A stretch of DNA of 64,000 bases from Nymphaea colorata. Taxonomy: Eukaryota. The stretch's first letter is position 1. Every line of letters begins with the position of its first letter. Under the pieces are notes generated by a model. It was not told the DNA's origin. It did no database searches and saw nothing but the letters and a program-made list of their open reading frames with translations. The stretch spans positions 10,230,001 through 10,294,000 of the forward strand of contig NC_045138.2 of NCBI RefSeq assembly GCF_008831285.2. Direction: 5' to 3'. Of this stretch, positions 39,301 to 51,161 are shown in pieces. The translations under genes and the position numbers were made by a program.

Positions 39301-40310
39301 GTATATATAAGGATAAATGTTTAAAGATGCCCATTTAAAAATGAAGAAATTTTCACCATGCATCTCCGCCACTAGGTAAAGGACTTTGGTCAGTGGCAAG
39401 CAAATGGAAAGGCCCTTGTTGTTGGCATAGCATGGGGTGGGGGTGGTCTCTCATCAAAAGTGGAATCAAATGGAAAATTGAAGGTGGTAAAATTGTGTGT
39501 TTTTGGACAAATAAGTGGCTGAGTGCCACTATGATTGAAAGCTTTAGAGATAAATCACAAAGAAGAGTGAGAATGGATCTCCAAATGAGCCTTAAAGATG
39601 CATGGAGCAGCGATTTGAGCAGCTTATATGAGATAGAGTAGGAAATGCAATTCCTGCAAGGATGGAACTTTACTGAGAAGGTAGATAGAATCATTTGGCC
39701 ATGAAACAAATATGTTGATCTATAAGGGTGATTTATAAGGGGATGAGCTCCAATGGCCCAAGAGAGAACTGGCGCATGAATATTTGGACTCAAACTTTAG
39801 AGGTTGTTTGGGAACAATAATAGTGTTAATGTTCTAGGCATTTACCACAAAAAGTGGGACAGATTTATGAAATACTTTTTAAAGGGTCCAATGAATCTAA
39901 CAAATTTTTGGATTAAATGCATGAAACAGCAACACAGTGTTATTGTTCTCAAACAGCCCCTTACGGGATCAATCTTGCTAGCAATTGTAGCTTGTCACCA
40001 GGCACTTTGGAAAGTCCAAAATCCCTTGGAGGGAAATTTGCATGGCATTCCAACAATGGCTTAATGGCTTGCGATGTGTTGGCATATATCCTTCCCAATT
40101 GTTATCTGAAAGCTATGGTAGGCAAGGAATTAAATCCTTCGAGGGGACTGGGCGCTGCATGCTATCTGTAATATGTCCCAATTAGTTTGGCAATATACCA
40201 AGGAAGCTTTCAGAGACATCAACTAGAAAGAGAAGGAACGGACTATGGTTGAAATCTAGATGCAGGGAGGAGTGATCGCCGCAAGGAAGCCTAGACAACG
40301 CATGTAGGAC

Positions 40311-40605
40311 TAGACCTGGGCAACGGGCGGGGCCCGATCCGTTCCATTTATAATTAAAAAAATAAATTTTTAATTTTTTAAAAATTTAATAATATGTATT
40401 TTATTAGTAAAAATATATTTTATATTACTAAAAATTTATTTTATAATTAAAAAATATTTTTTATTACCAAAGGGGCTGGGCCGGGTCGAGCCGCGTGCCG
40501 GGACCCGAGCTATCGGGCCGAGCCCAGGCCAGGTTTCGGGCCCAACGGGCCGACCCGGGCCTGGTTTTACCTGGCCGAGCGGGCGCGGCCCGTTGCTCAG
40601 GTCTA
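40311..40605. mobile_element. hAT MITE
   Basis: TIRs tagacctgggcaacgggc / gcccgttgctcaggtcta; perfect TSD TGTAGGAC; GGGCCG repeats and AT-only core. Confidence 0.95.
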
Positions 40606-40839
40606 TGTAGGACGTGCTCTACATCCTATCTCATAGAAACGATAAGAAGTGATAGGTGAGTGGTCTACTATTTCTGTAGGAAGGCAATTAGTAGAACAAA
40701 TGGCGTAGAGAGGTCAGTGGTGCCATGACTTGGTGGAATTTTCCTCGTTGCAGTGTAAATATGTTTTTTTTTTCCTATTCTTTCTTTCTCCATCTTCATC
40801 CATTTTTTTTTTCCTTTCCCACCATCCAAACATGCTGTT

Positions 40840-41400
40840 AAGCTTAGACACGGGGGCATGGCAACTTACCACCACATCGCCACCATTAGCCTTCCCCAAG
40901 CTCGCTTTCAGGACAATCCCTCCTCACTACCTACTCGCACCAAAAATAACAACCTTCCCTAACATTATGAACCTGGGATTGACCTTACTCGTCCACAACC
41001 TACCAAGTTCCTGAAACACATACGAGTATTCCATACTTTGGCTGAACATCCATCAAATCAAGCAATGGCTGCCCATCTGAAAGAAGCCGCCATTCTTTCA
41101 TACTCTCTTTCAGCACGATGATTTAAGCCTACTATCGATCTCCTGAACCTTCAAAGGAGGCAACACCGACCAATGTCCTTCAGATTCTTGAGAAAGAATC
41201 CTTGCCCACTACCTACTGCCGCCTAATCGACCATCTTCCAAGCATGCACCTACTGTTCCCCCACACGAATCATTCCCGTGCGAGGAACAGCTCCGATCGC
41301 CGGAAAGTTCGCCTGAAATCACACTCCATACGCTCAACCCCTAGGAGAGAAGAAAACCCCCCGGTCGGACCTCCAACCAACCCTTCGACTCTGGGCTTTC
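40840..41400 (-). pseudogene. Probable LINE ORF1 (DUF4283-like) 5' fragment
   Basis: Minus-strand remnants EYERMAASFRWAAIA..ELGRLWTSKVNPRFIMLGK, then a frameshifted FLVR-like motif. Confidence 0.4.
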
Positions 41401-43489
41401 TCGTACTAATCGTACTAATGAATTATATTCCCACCATTTTGCACAATTTCTTTGAGACACAAGTTTACGTCGTCTACCCTTACTTGATATGGTTTTATAA
41501 ACGTAACTCCTTTTTTTTATGAAAATTGCAAAAGGTGGACTCTCTTTTGAACTTACAATAAAAAACAGAAGTCTAAAAGGGATTTTTTTTTTCATTTTTA
41601 GTTTGCTTCATTCATAATCAAATGGGAAAATCTTTTCCAAATGAAAAGTTGTCATGCAAGAAAATCTTCTCATATGAATTAAAAAGAAAATGCAAAATTT
41701 TCTTGCAATCAATGGCTAGGGCTTATAAGCATATCAATTTATTGATGCCACAAAGCGGCGGAGGCAAAGAAGTGACTGTCTCCAGCCAAACACCCAGTAT
41801 GGAACTAGGGATATCAACAAAACTAATTTGGATTCGATTGCACTGTTTCAATAAAATTGAATATAAAAATTTCAATGCGAAGTTAAGAAATCATATTTGG
41901 ATTTAGAAAAGGACACCTTAAGATATAGATTTCAATAAATATGCGGTCATGTTCATATTCGTTTTAATTTTTAAATAAATATCTAATATTCATCCATCTT
42001 TAAGTTGGTTCTTCAATTCAACTTCGGTTTAAGAGTCAGACTTGCTTTCGGTTGTGAATCTAAAAATTAGATCCAGATTATAAATTCGGACTCAAATTCA
42101 GCTATAGTGTGAACTTTTCTTCATCATATTGCAATCCAAATTCAAATATGTGGACATCCCGTAAAAAGGATATTATAGATGATACATCCTACTCGAATCG
42201 GATGACGGATCGGTTGCTAGAGCAAGAAAAATTGCTTGGAAGTTGAAACTCAAAAATCAGAAGCGCTGCATTGAATTTGTGCAAAATATGATGCACTTCT
42301 CGCAATTTTTGTAGAATTTCCACGGCTCGCCAAAGGTTTCAGTTCTCACCGGTGAACACCTTCTTCCGGCGATACTAGAAAACGCAGCAGGCCGTGTTTC
42401 GGCGAGCGACTAGGTACCCGGCCCCCTCTCTCGTTCTGGTTGCACCGGCGGACAACCCCTTCTGGTTTTAGGGGTGACCGGCCGGCAACTGTTGCTAAAC
42501 TCAGACACGCGCGCGCGCATACACATACGCACATACTTGTTGGCTGCCGTAGGCACTAGGGAATGCTTCTTCTTGAACTTTATTGTCATGGACACCCAGC
42601 GTTAACCATTGTCTATGTTCTTCATCTTTCATACTTATAGTTGTGTTTTCTAATGTTTATCTTGTCAGTAATTGCATACCAGACGTTTGATATAATATTC
42701 AAGAGAAATATGTGAAAAAGAAAAACACGTCTTGATTTCCTGTATCCTCAACTTCATCCTTCGAATGAAAAGCCTTTGCTGCTTTCAGATTACTGTCTCA
42801 TTTGGCTATTATCTGATTGAATTATTCTCTAGTCTGTTGTTTGATTCAGTGTAGTGCTTACGACAAATAAGGTTTTTGTTGTGCCTTGAGTATTACGAGT
42901 TATAAAACCAAGCTCTCACGGAACTAGTTTGGAAATCACTGGTTTTAAGTTTTAACCTGTCATCCAATCACTACCTAAGAAGTTAAAACCAAGTGTTGAA
43001 AATCTAGGTTTTCAGGATCTGTCGTCCAGAGAGTGAATGAGTCGTATAATTAATCTTCCTTGACTTTTGTTTGTCCTTTATCAAATTTTATTTAATTTGA
43101 ATATCTCAATATCATTGGATGGTTAATTAACCATCAGTTTCTGTGTACTGATGATTGAAAAACAACTAACTACTTTCCCAGCTGACGTGCTAAGCTGGAT
43201 TTACGTTTATGAAGGCCCTTTCTTTATGCAAGCGTTAAGCCTTAACTGAAAAGTATTAAAATGGGTTATTCTTCTGAGGAAAATTGCAAATTAGATTTTT
43301 ACCTCAGATAACAAAACTCAGATAGCTAGGTAGCTGCAAGCTAACTACTGTCACTCAAAAAACGAGATCAGGTATTTGTAGTCTCTCAACAAAGCAGGCG
43401 CCAAACTAGGTTTTCCGAAAATCTATGTGTTGTCAGCATATGTGGTGGAACACATACATGGAAGCCTGATTCAAGTAAGATTCTGCAGG

Positions 43490-43629
43490 ATGGTTAAGAA
43501 GGGAGTTGAAGTGTTTGAGGAGTCAATGGGACAGAATAAAAGTGAACCATTTCTGCCATGGATGAGGAATCCAGTGGATGTTGATTCTTATGAAGAATGC
43601 ACTCTCGAAGTTGTTCCTTACTTAGATCC

Positions 43630-43672
<43 letters not shown>

Positions 43673-46600
43673 TGTGTGCTTACACTTTGGATTTGTTTTC
43701 TTTACTTTGAATATTTCATTTTTTTTTCTTTGCAACAACACTATGTATTGTGGTGGTATTCTCAAGAGCCACGAAAGAGAAAGCATAAATGATGACTGGT
43801 CACAACCTTTTGATGTATTGGAAGAATGAGTCATTTTTTAGGAAAATGTTCACACACCTCTAACTGTTTCACAGAAAAAGCATACCTGTGTTATTGATAT
43901 TGTAAAAAACATGCCTGTCCTTTTTTAGTCGTTAATTAAATGGTCCAGAATTGAGTGGAACATTTACCAATTACCTCTAAGAAAGATCTAAATAAACATG
44001 CAATATTTTGAATAAATTTTCAGAAACATTTAAGTTTTGAAAGCATTCCCAAAAATACATGTAAGCTTTGGCATAATTGGGAACTGCACTTACCTTCCTA
44101 CCATTGTTGAAAAGTTGAGGCGTGGAGCTCCTTGCTTTAGATATAGTGGGAAAAATACCTTTCTAATTTGGAGAAAGTTAAAAATACATTATTGGCATTG
44201 TAGTTTATATGATTGATAAAAATTAATGAAATAAGAGAAACTTGTCTTTAGCTAATGATGGATTCAGATGGTTTGACTCTAGTATAGATAACTTCTCATT
44301 TATAGCCACGATAATCCATTTCTGACCTTGCTTCTGATGTCTGTAGCAATTACAGAACCACACAGTCTATGTCCTAAGCTAAGTCACATGGGTACAGGTG
44401 ATTTGCCCGCATACCCATGTCGGTACACGGGTATGGCGACATTGGTACATGGTAATGGTTGTATCTCAAAACAATTGTATTTTCAAACATTTTTTTATTT
44501 TGATTTTTCTTTTTTATTTTTATTTGTTATCCACCAAGATTCTATATTTTCTTCTCATTTTTCTTTGATTTTGAAAATTTTGTAGATTATATATATATAT
44601 ATATATATTGACATATACACTTCGCCGTACCCCCATACGCAAATTTTCTAAAGTCACCATACCCGTATGTGTATCCGTACCCATGTGTCTTAGGCCCTAA
44701 GTTGATGAACACCATGTCAAATTGATGAGTTCATTTTTCATTGTCATTGTATAAAATTAGCTGTGTTGGCAAAACCAGAAACATAAGCGGCTCCAAGAAG
44801 AGGAGTTATGAGGCTGAGGTATGGGGTTGGCAGTTATTTCCTTTGTAGGTGAAGGGGAGAGTCCAAAAAATATTTGTAGGTGTGGCCAGTTATATATAGG
44901 ATAACAAGCACATAAAAACACATGAAGCTCCCTTATTCTAAATACTTTCTTAGAACTTGCAGCCTTGCTGTTTTTTTGAAAATTTCAGGGGGCAGGCATA
45001 TGTTGTGAAAATTTTAGAAGGAGACAGGTCTTCTTTCAAGATTTTATGCACGATTTCTTTTTTGAAGTTCTGGGAGTGGCCATCACCTTGTGTAGGATGA
45101 TCTTAGACTTTCTGCTTCATATGTGCATCGTCAATAGTTCTCAAGCATGTGATGAAACAAGAAGACTTATTGGTTGGTATGTGTTTTTATGAAACCTGCA
45201 TGTCATTTAGTGGATATAGTTTTCGCTTGTAGATTATGGCTGACATGATTACTAAAGTAGGGGATAGGATTGTCAAGATGCTCTTTACTCAAATACTGAG
45301 AAGAAACTGTCTGTAGCAGCTTCTCATGGAAGTAATGGTTTAGTGTGTCCACAGGATTGACCAATTGATTGGCATTATTTGGAAGTTAGTAATGGTTGTC
45401 AGGGTCTCTCATGATTAACTACAAATAATCTAACAAAGTTCAAGGCTGCGGTGAAGTTGGTCTAGATTACTCTACAAAATTGAGTTTTGCTTCCCTCACA
45501 TATGGATCAGAGTACTGATTCCACAATTCTATGTTTTCTTGCTTCTGCTTCTTGGGTTGGTACCTTTGAGCTGGAGTTGGTGGAATTATTAAAATGTACT
45601 AGTTCCTTTGAAGGTTTGGAGTCTGTGCTTATGTGCTGGCAACCTGGCGTCAAATTAATTTATTGATATAACCACCTAATCCAAGTTCATGTAGTCTTTC
45701 TCCAACAAAGTATGTGGTTGTTACTGTTGTTAATATATGCTTAACTTTGTTTTAAGGCTCTTGAAAATTAGGCTTATGTCGCATCATCAGCAAAGGTCAT
45801 GATAGAAAGCATTTCAAATAATATAACACCATATAATCAATTTAATGATGTTCCTCCAGATTTGTCTGGTCCATGTTTAGTTAGGTGGAACTTAGCCAAT
45901 ATGAACATGTGACTAGTAGATTTTAATGTCAATTTAGGTAACATGTTGGGTGGCATAAAATATGCTAGAGGTAGCTAAAATGGTACATGCATACTTTCAC
46001 CACCTTGATGGTGGTGTTGCCTTCTAGTATTGAGGTGGAAAGGTGGGCTTCTGATACGGGCCAGGACCGTCCTACCAGCTTCTTTGCTAGCCATATCATT
46101 TTGTCGGAGACCTGCCAGGTTAATTTAGCATGCAAGCCAAGCTGTTTTATCACTTTCGGGGTTTTTTTTTTTGTTAAATGTATGAATGCGTTTGCCAAGG
46201 CTGGAACTACATAATGGCACATAATTATCTAGGACGTGAAACATGCATAGAACCTCATATGTCACTCCCATACATGTCAATGTAGAACAGAAAATTGATG
46301 TAGAGATGGTGTTGGAATGCTACCAAGGCATATATTTATATCTCTATGGCAACATAACCAAAATCTAATTGCAAAACCCTGTTGATTCGCGTCATGATTC
46401 CTTTGTCTGTTAAGGGTGCCTTTGATTTCATCATCTGCTGAAAGTGGTTGGAAGCTTGCTTGTTTGGTTTCAATTATGTTAACCGTTTTCCATAAATAGG
46501 AATATGTATCTCACATTGTGTATTTGCTTAGGTTGGTGGAGGCTTTACAAAAAAAGGGAATCAATTCACTCTTTCCAATTCAAGTGGCAGTCTGGCAAGA

Positions 46601-49600
46601 GACAATTGGACCAGGTGGCTGGGAACGTGACTTATGCATAAACTCACCGACAGGAAGTGGCAAGACGTTGGCTTATGCTTTACCAATTGTCCAAATGCTC
46701 TCTACTCGTAAATTGAAACACTTGCGGGCTTTAGTTGTGCTGCCTACTCGTGATCTTGCACTGCAGGTTAGGTTTTGTGTATATATCTCCACAATATGTA
46801 AAAGCCTTTTCTCAGACAATTATGTGTGTTGAGAGAAATATTGTGTGGATGTGTTTATTTCCCCTTTTTGGGAACAATAAAAGGATAGGCTTTTGTTTAG
46901 GTTGCAAATGCAGTTGTTTTATGGGAATGGCTAGAACATCAGTGTGTCTTTTGTATTTACAACAATTTTGCTCGCGTCAAGTGCTTTTCCTTTCATGTGA
47001 TTTTTTTTTTTTATTGACATATTGTCCAACAACAAAGTTCATCACATTTGGAGACACAACTGTTTTTTGTGAAGGGAGGAAATAGAAGAAGAGTGAGAAA
47101 GAAGAAGAAAATGAGAGCAGGAAGAATGACAAGAAGAAGGTGGCGGAAAGTAGAAAAGAAAAAGCATGAGACAGAGAAAGTGATACACCCACCTGTCATG
47201 AAATTAGAAAAGGAGGGAGGTTGCACCCGCACCTGCACCATGTTGTGTTCGTTTGGGTGCATTTGTTGTAATTTCTAAACTATAAAAGTGGTAGACGAAT
47301 TCATATCTAACTTTTTGAGGAAGATTGTTAACTATATTTATTTGGTTCTGGTTATTATCTTCTGCCCTGGTTTATAACCCTTCTGTTGTAGAATTGCAAC
47401 CAAATATAGGATGAGAGTTTATATCCACCTGACTGGGTGTGTCAACAGTTTTGGGTTGGGCCTATAGTTACTATCACTGTGCTGTTTAGCTCCCAGACTT
47501 GAAGTTCTACGCATATGGAGCTTACTTCTTTATGGAGGCACCTTGTAGATCTTAAGTGTATAAGTGGGATAAGAAGCTACAAAGTGGAGATCCACTAAAC
47601 TGGAGATTGGGCTAAGTTTTGGTTGAGTCGTTATATCTGCTCCCTTAGTTGTTAAGGCATGGACTAGTCCAAGCCTAGGCGTGAGTCCACACCCGTCGCC
47701 TAATTCCATCACTTAGGCGACAGGTGTTAGACTGGTGCCTAGGTGCGCCTAGGCTGGACTAGGCGCTAGCACACCTAGTCCATGGGAAGGTGAAAAGTCA
47801 CCTTCCCTTCAAATTAAGTTCTGTAATTTTATTATACAGTGTTATACTGTACGTACTTGTATTATGTGCAGTTATATTATATAATTTCTGTTATTTAAGT
47901 ACAGTTTGCTGTACGTTGATTACATATTCTATATCAACTCATCTAGTGGAAGTTCCAGCCATATATTAAGTACGTATTCTATAAAACCATGAATTTCTGT
48001 ATATATCTTATCTGCTCTAAAACATATTTGTGTGGAACCTATGCCAGCCTTCTTACCCATGTTAAAACCTAGGTTATGGTAAAAAGACCACCAGTTTCTC
48101 TAGTTTAGTGCATGTCTAGTAATCAGAGAAATACGTGCAGACCTCACTTTAGCATAGTCTGATGTTAGAGCTGCAAAGAAACAATATCAACCATGTAGAT
48201 GGTAGTCCACACATGAAGCATAAAACGTTTCCTAAATTACTATGTTGTGAAAATCCTCTTTGATGCATTTACTTATCAATTCATGTTCATCAAATATTCG
48301 GCACACGAGTAACAAAGTAGAAGTTTGTTAAATATTGGTAAATTTCTTCATCTTCATTTACATACTAAATGCAGTTCTTGGTTATGGCAATGAATTCTAG
48401 ATGGACTTGATTACAAAAGAGCTCTCAAAGAACTGAAATGTTAGCAACAGAGTAAAAGTCTGCTAGATATTGGATTCTTTTTTAGGCCAGGCGCGCGTTG
48501 GCTGGTGCCTAGATGCCTTGACAACTAAGTCTGCTCCTTGGAAACTTCCTTTTGTGGTTATAGTGTATGAGTGGGATTAGGCAATGCAGGCCTGGGTGGT
48601 GCTTGTCCCTCTTCGTGCTATATGTGTATTTATGCATGTGATATAGTTGATACTTGATGCAAACAATGCCTCCCTATCCTTGCATTTAAGTTTTTGATTA
48701 GTAATAACACGCTTGGAGGCAGTGACATAAGGCACCATGGTGATATTTAGAAATTGTTATATTACAAAGAATTAATGTCCAGTGATGTTCTTCCATTAGC
48801 TCCCCATTGATATATTTGACCATTGGAGGCCGAAATATTTTAGTGAAGATTGAAGGGCAGCCAAGATAATCGGATTGTTAGATTTAAGGTCGTCTGTGCA
48901 TAATTTGTTGGTGAGTAGATGAAAAACTATATAAAGAAAGCTGCAGGAATACTCAATCTTAAAAATACAACAAAGTGTAGGGTGAGGCTGTAATTTGTTT
49001 TTGTTTTTTCATAGCATATAACTAAGGCATGATTCAGTTGCTAAGGCATCCTAGGAAAGGATGTTACCATTGATTGTATCATGCACTGACTCATTCTTGA
49101 AAACACCAGTAATATCCCTAGCGGAGATTGGAGAACAGCCAAAACTATCATAGTGTTAAATTTAAGGCAATCTGTGCATAATTTTTTTATGAGAAGATGA
49201 GAAACATATGAAAAAGATGCACCCTGGCTCATGTTTGCAAGTACACATCCAATGTACAGTGAGGTTGTATTTTTTGTTTTTTGTTTTTTATAGCTTGTTG
49301 ACTCGGGTGTGGTTCAGTTGGTGATGCTTTCTATAGAAAAGGTAGTTACATTTTTTTTTCATGCATTTTCTCTTTCTACAAGGCCAACATCAAACACAAT
49401 CTGCTTATCTGTTCTCATGAAGAAAATTAGGATATTTTGGTATTGACTTCTTTGAATTTTGATATATGAAACTCAAAATAATGTTAAGTGAACAGGTTGA
49501 ACCTGTAGGTTAGGGATTGATTTTCTCTGACTGTTTTATGATCACTGTCCTCCTCTTGCCTATCCTCATCTTTGGATGTTTTGTATCTGTCCCTTGATGC

Positions 49601-51161
49601 AGGTCTCGGATGTGTTCTCTGCTATTGCACCTGCAGTTGGGCTACAAGTAGGCATTGCTGTTGGGCAGTCTTCAATGGCTGAAGAGGTTTCATCTCTGGT
49701 ACAGAAGCCCAAGTTCTCTATGGAATTCTCTTGTGATCCACCAGATCTCTGCTCATCACTAACAAGTTCTGTAGACATACTTGTAGCCACACCAGGGCGA
49801 TTGATGGACCATATAAAGACCACCAAAAGTTTTACACTAGAGCATCTTTGCTATCTAGTAAGTTATTAAGACCGTGCAATCTATTGACTGTCCTAATTGC
49901 AAATGATCCTACTATATTGTCCAATTGAAATGTCTGTGACTCTGTTCTCCTTGTCGCTACAGAAGATATTGGAGTTCTATCTTCTTCCAACATTTGTTTT
50001 AATAGAACAATATTACTTTTCGCATTCTCATCTAAAGTTCATATGCTCTACATTTCTAAATTTCTTAGTGCATGCATTTTCCAAAGACAATATTCGACAT
50101 ATGACATATCGATGCTCATAGGTCATTGATGAAACTGATAGATTGCTGAGGGATGCATATCAATCTTGGTTACCTACTGTTCTTCAGCTCACTCAAATGA
50201 ATGAACAACAAATGCTCAGATATGAAGGGTCACCAACTTTTGGGCCATTGAGAACCTTGAGAAGATTGTATGCACCAGCCTTATTTCCTTGTCTTATTTT
50301 TTCTCTACCGAACCACACATACTCATATAGTTCATTGCAGGGGCCCTGGGAGAGGGTTGTGGAATAAAAGATATCCAAGAGTCATGAAGGTAACCCTTTC
50401 TGCTACATTGACACGAGATCCTAGCAAGCTTTCTCAACTTAATCTATATCATCCTTTATTCTTGACAACTGGTGCATCTGGAACACGGTATCAACTCCCT
50501 AACCAGCTAGAATCTTACAAACTGGTAAAGTGCTAATCTAATTCTGTTTTAATGATGTCATTTTCTTGAGTTTGCTTCATCATATTTTTTTTCCCAAAGT
50601 TGATGCTTAACTGATTATAGAAGTATGATTAATTCTTTCATCTTTCTATGTTTATTATTTTAGATCTGTGATTTGAAGATGAAGCCCCTTTATTTGTTTA
50701 CGCTTCTTCAAAAATTAAGTGGAGAGAAGAGCATTATCTTTACATCATCTGTACGATCGACCCACAGACTTTGTACATTATTGAATTGCTTTGGTGAATT
50801 ACCTTCTAAAATTAGTGAATATTCTAGTCTTCAGCATCAATCTGTGCGAAGGTACTGTATATAGACATTGAATTTAACATGAAAATATATACTTTATGTT
50901 CTACAACAAGATTAGTGACTTGCGGAGTGTTGATGCATGAATTCAATTTTCTGCAGCATGACACTTGATGCCTTTCGGGCAGGCGACATACAGGTCATTG
51001 TTGCTTCAGATGCCATGACTCGTGGTATGGATATTGAAGGGGTCTACAATGTCATTAATTATGACATGCCTCCATATATCAAGACATATGTTCATCGGGC
51101 TGGTCGCACTGCTCGTGCAGGTCGACCTGGGTGTTGCTTCACATTACTGAGGAAGGATGAG
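43490..51161 (+). CDS. RH1: DEAD-box RNA helicase RH1 (DDX51/Dbp6 orthologue), 3'-incomplete; exons 43490-43632, 46532-46766, 49603-49857, 50122-50267, 50341-50524, 50664-50851, 50957-51161
   Basis: All introns GT-AG and phase-compatible; LPWMRNPVD, Q-motif LFPIQ, SPTGSGKT, PTRDLA, TPGRL, DETD, SAT, TRGMD, HRAGRTAR; donor at 51161|gtag. Confidence 0.95.
43634..43668. repeat. (CT)n microsatellite at the start of RH1 intron 1
   Basis: CT run directly after the donor. Confidence 0.95.
44379..44693. mobile_element. Intronic hAT MITE (CTAWGTCACA family)
   Basis: TIRs ctaagtcacatggg / cccatgtgtcttag; TSD gtcctaag / gccctaag. Confidence 0.88.
47644..48529. mobile_element. Intronic hAT MITE
   Basis: TIRs cttagttgttaaggcat / atgccttgacaactaag; perfect TSD TCTGCTCC; CCTAGGC repeats. 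Confidence 0.92.
48870..49380. repeat. Diverged ~280-bp tandem duplication in RH1 intron 2
   Basis: Collinear blocks tttaagg..tctgtgcataattt..agatga..gtgagg.tgta..ttcagttg start near 48883 and 49161. Confidence 0.7.

Larger units (their letters stand above)
25860..40250 (+). mobile_element. Decayed L1-type LINE ORF2 split by nested insertions (pieces ~25860-26268, 26695-27187, 39040-~40250)
   Basis: SQGAF..GRTIHD, CLKLDLSKAY, QGDSLSPYLFLIVM, INKDKSEL, ERKLAGWKANLLSYG, CNFL*NG continuing across the copia TSD into KSKQHL..SEGGVDVRKL and FWTNKWL. Confidence 0.85.

Noticed and set aside
43147..43254. Possible C/D snoRNA (TGATGA..CTGA) upstream of the RH1 CDS
   Set aside because: Very short terminal stem and no rRNA-complementary guide I can recognise; such boxes arise by chance in AT-rich DNA
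50128..50139. DETD instead of DEAD in helicase motif II
   Set aside because: As I recall, this is the usual variant in plant RH1 orthologues, not a lesion
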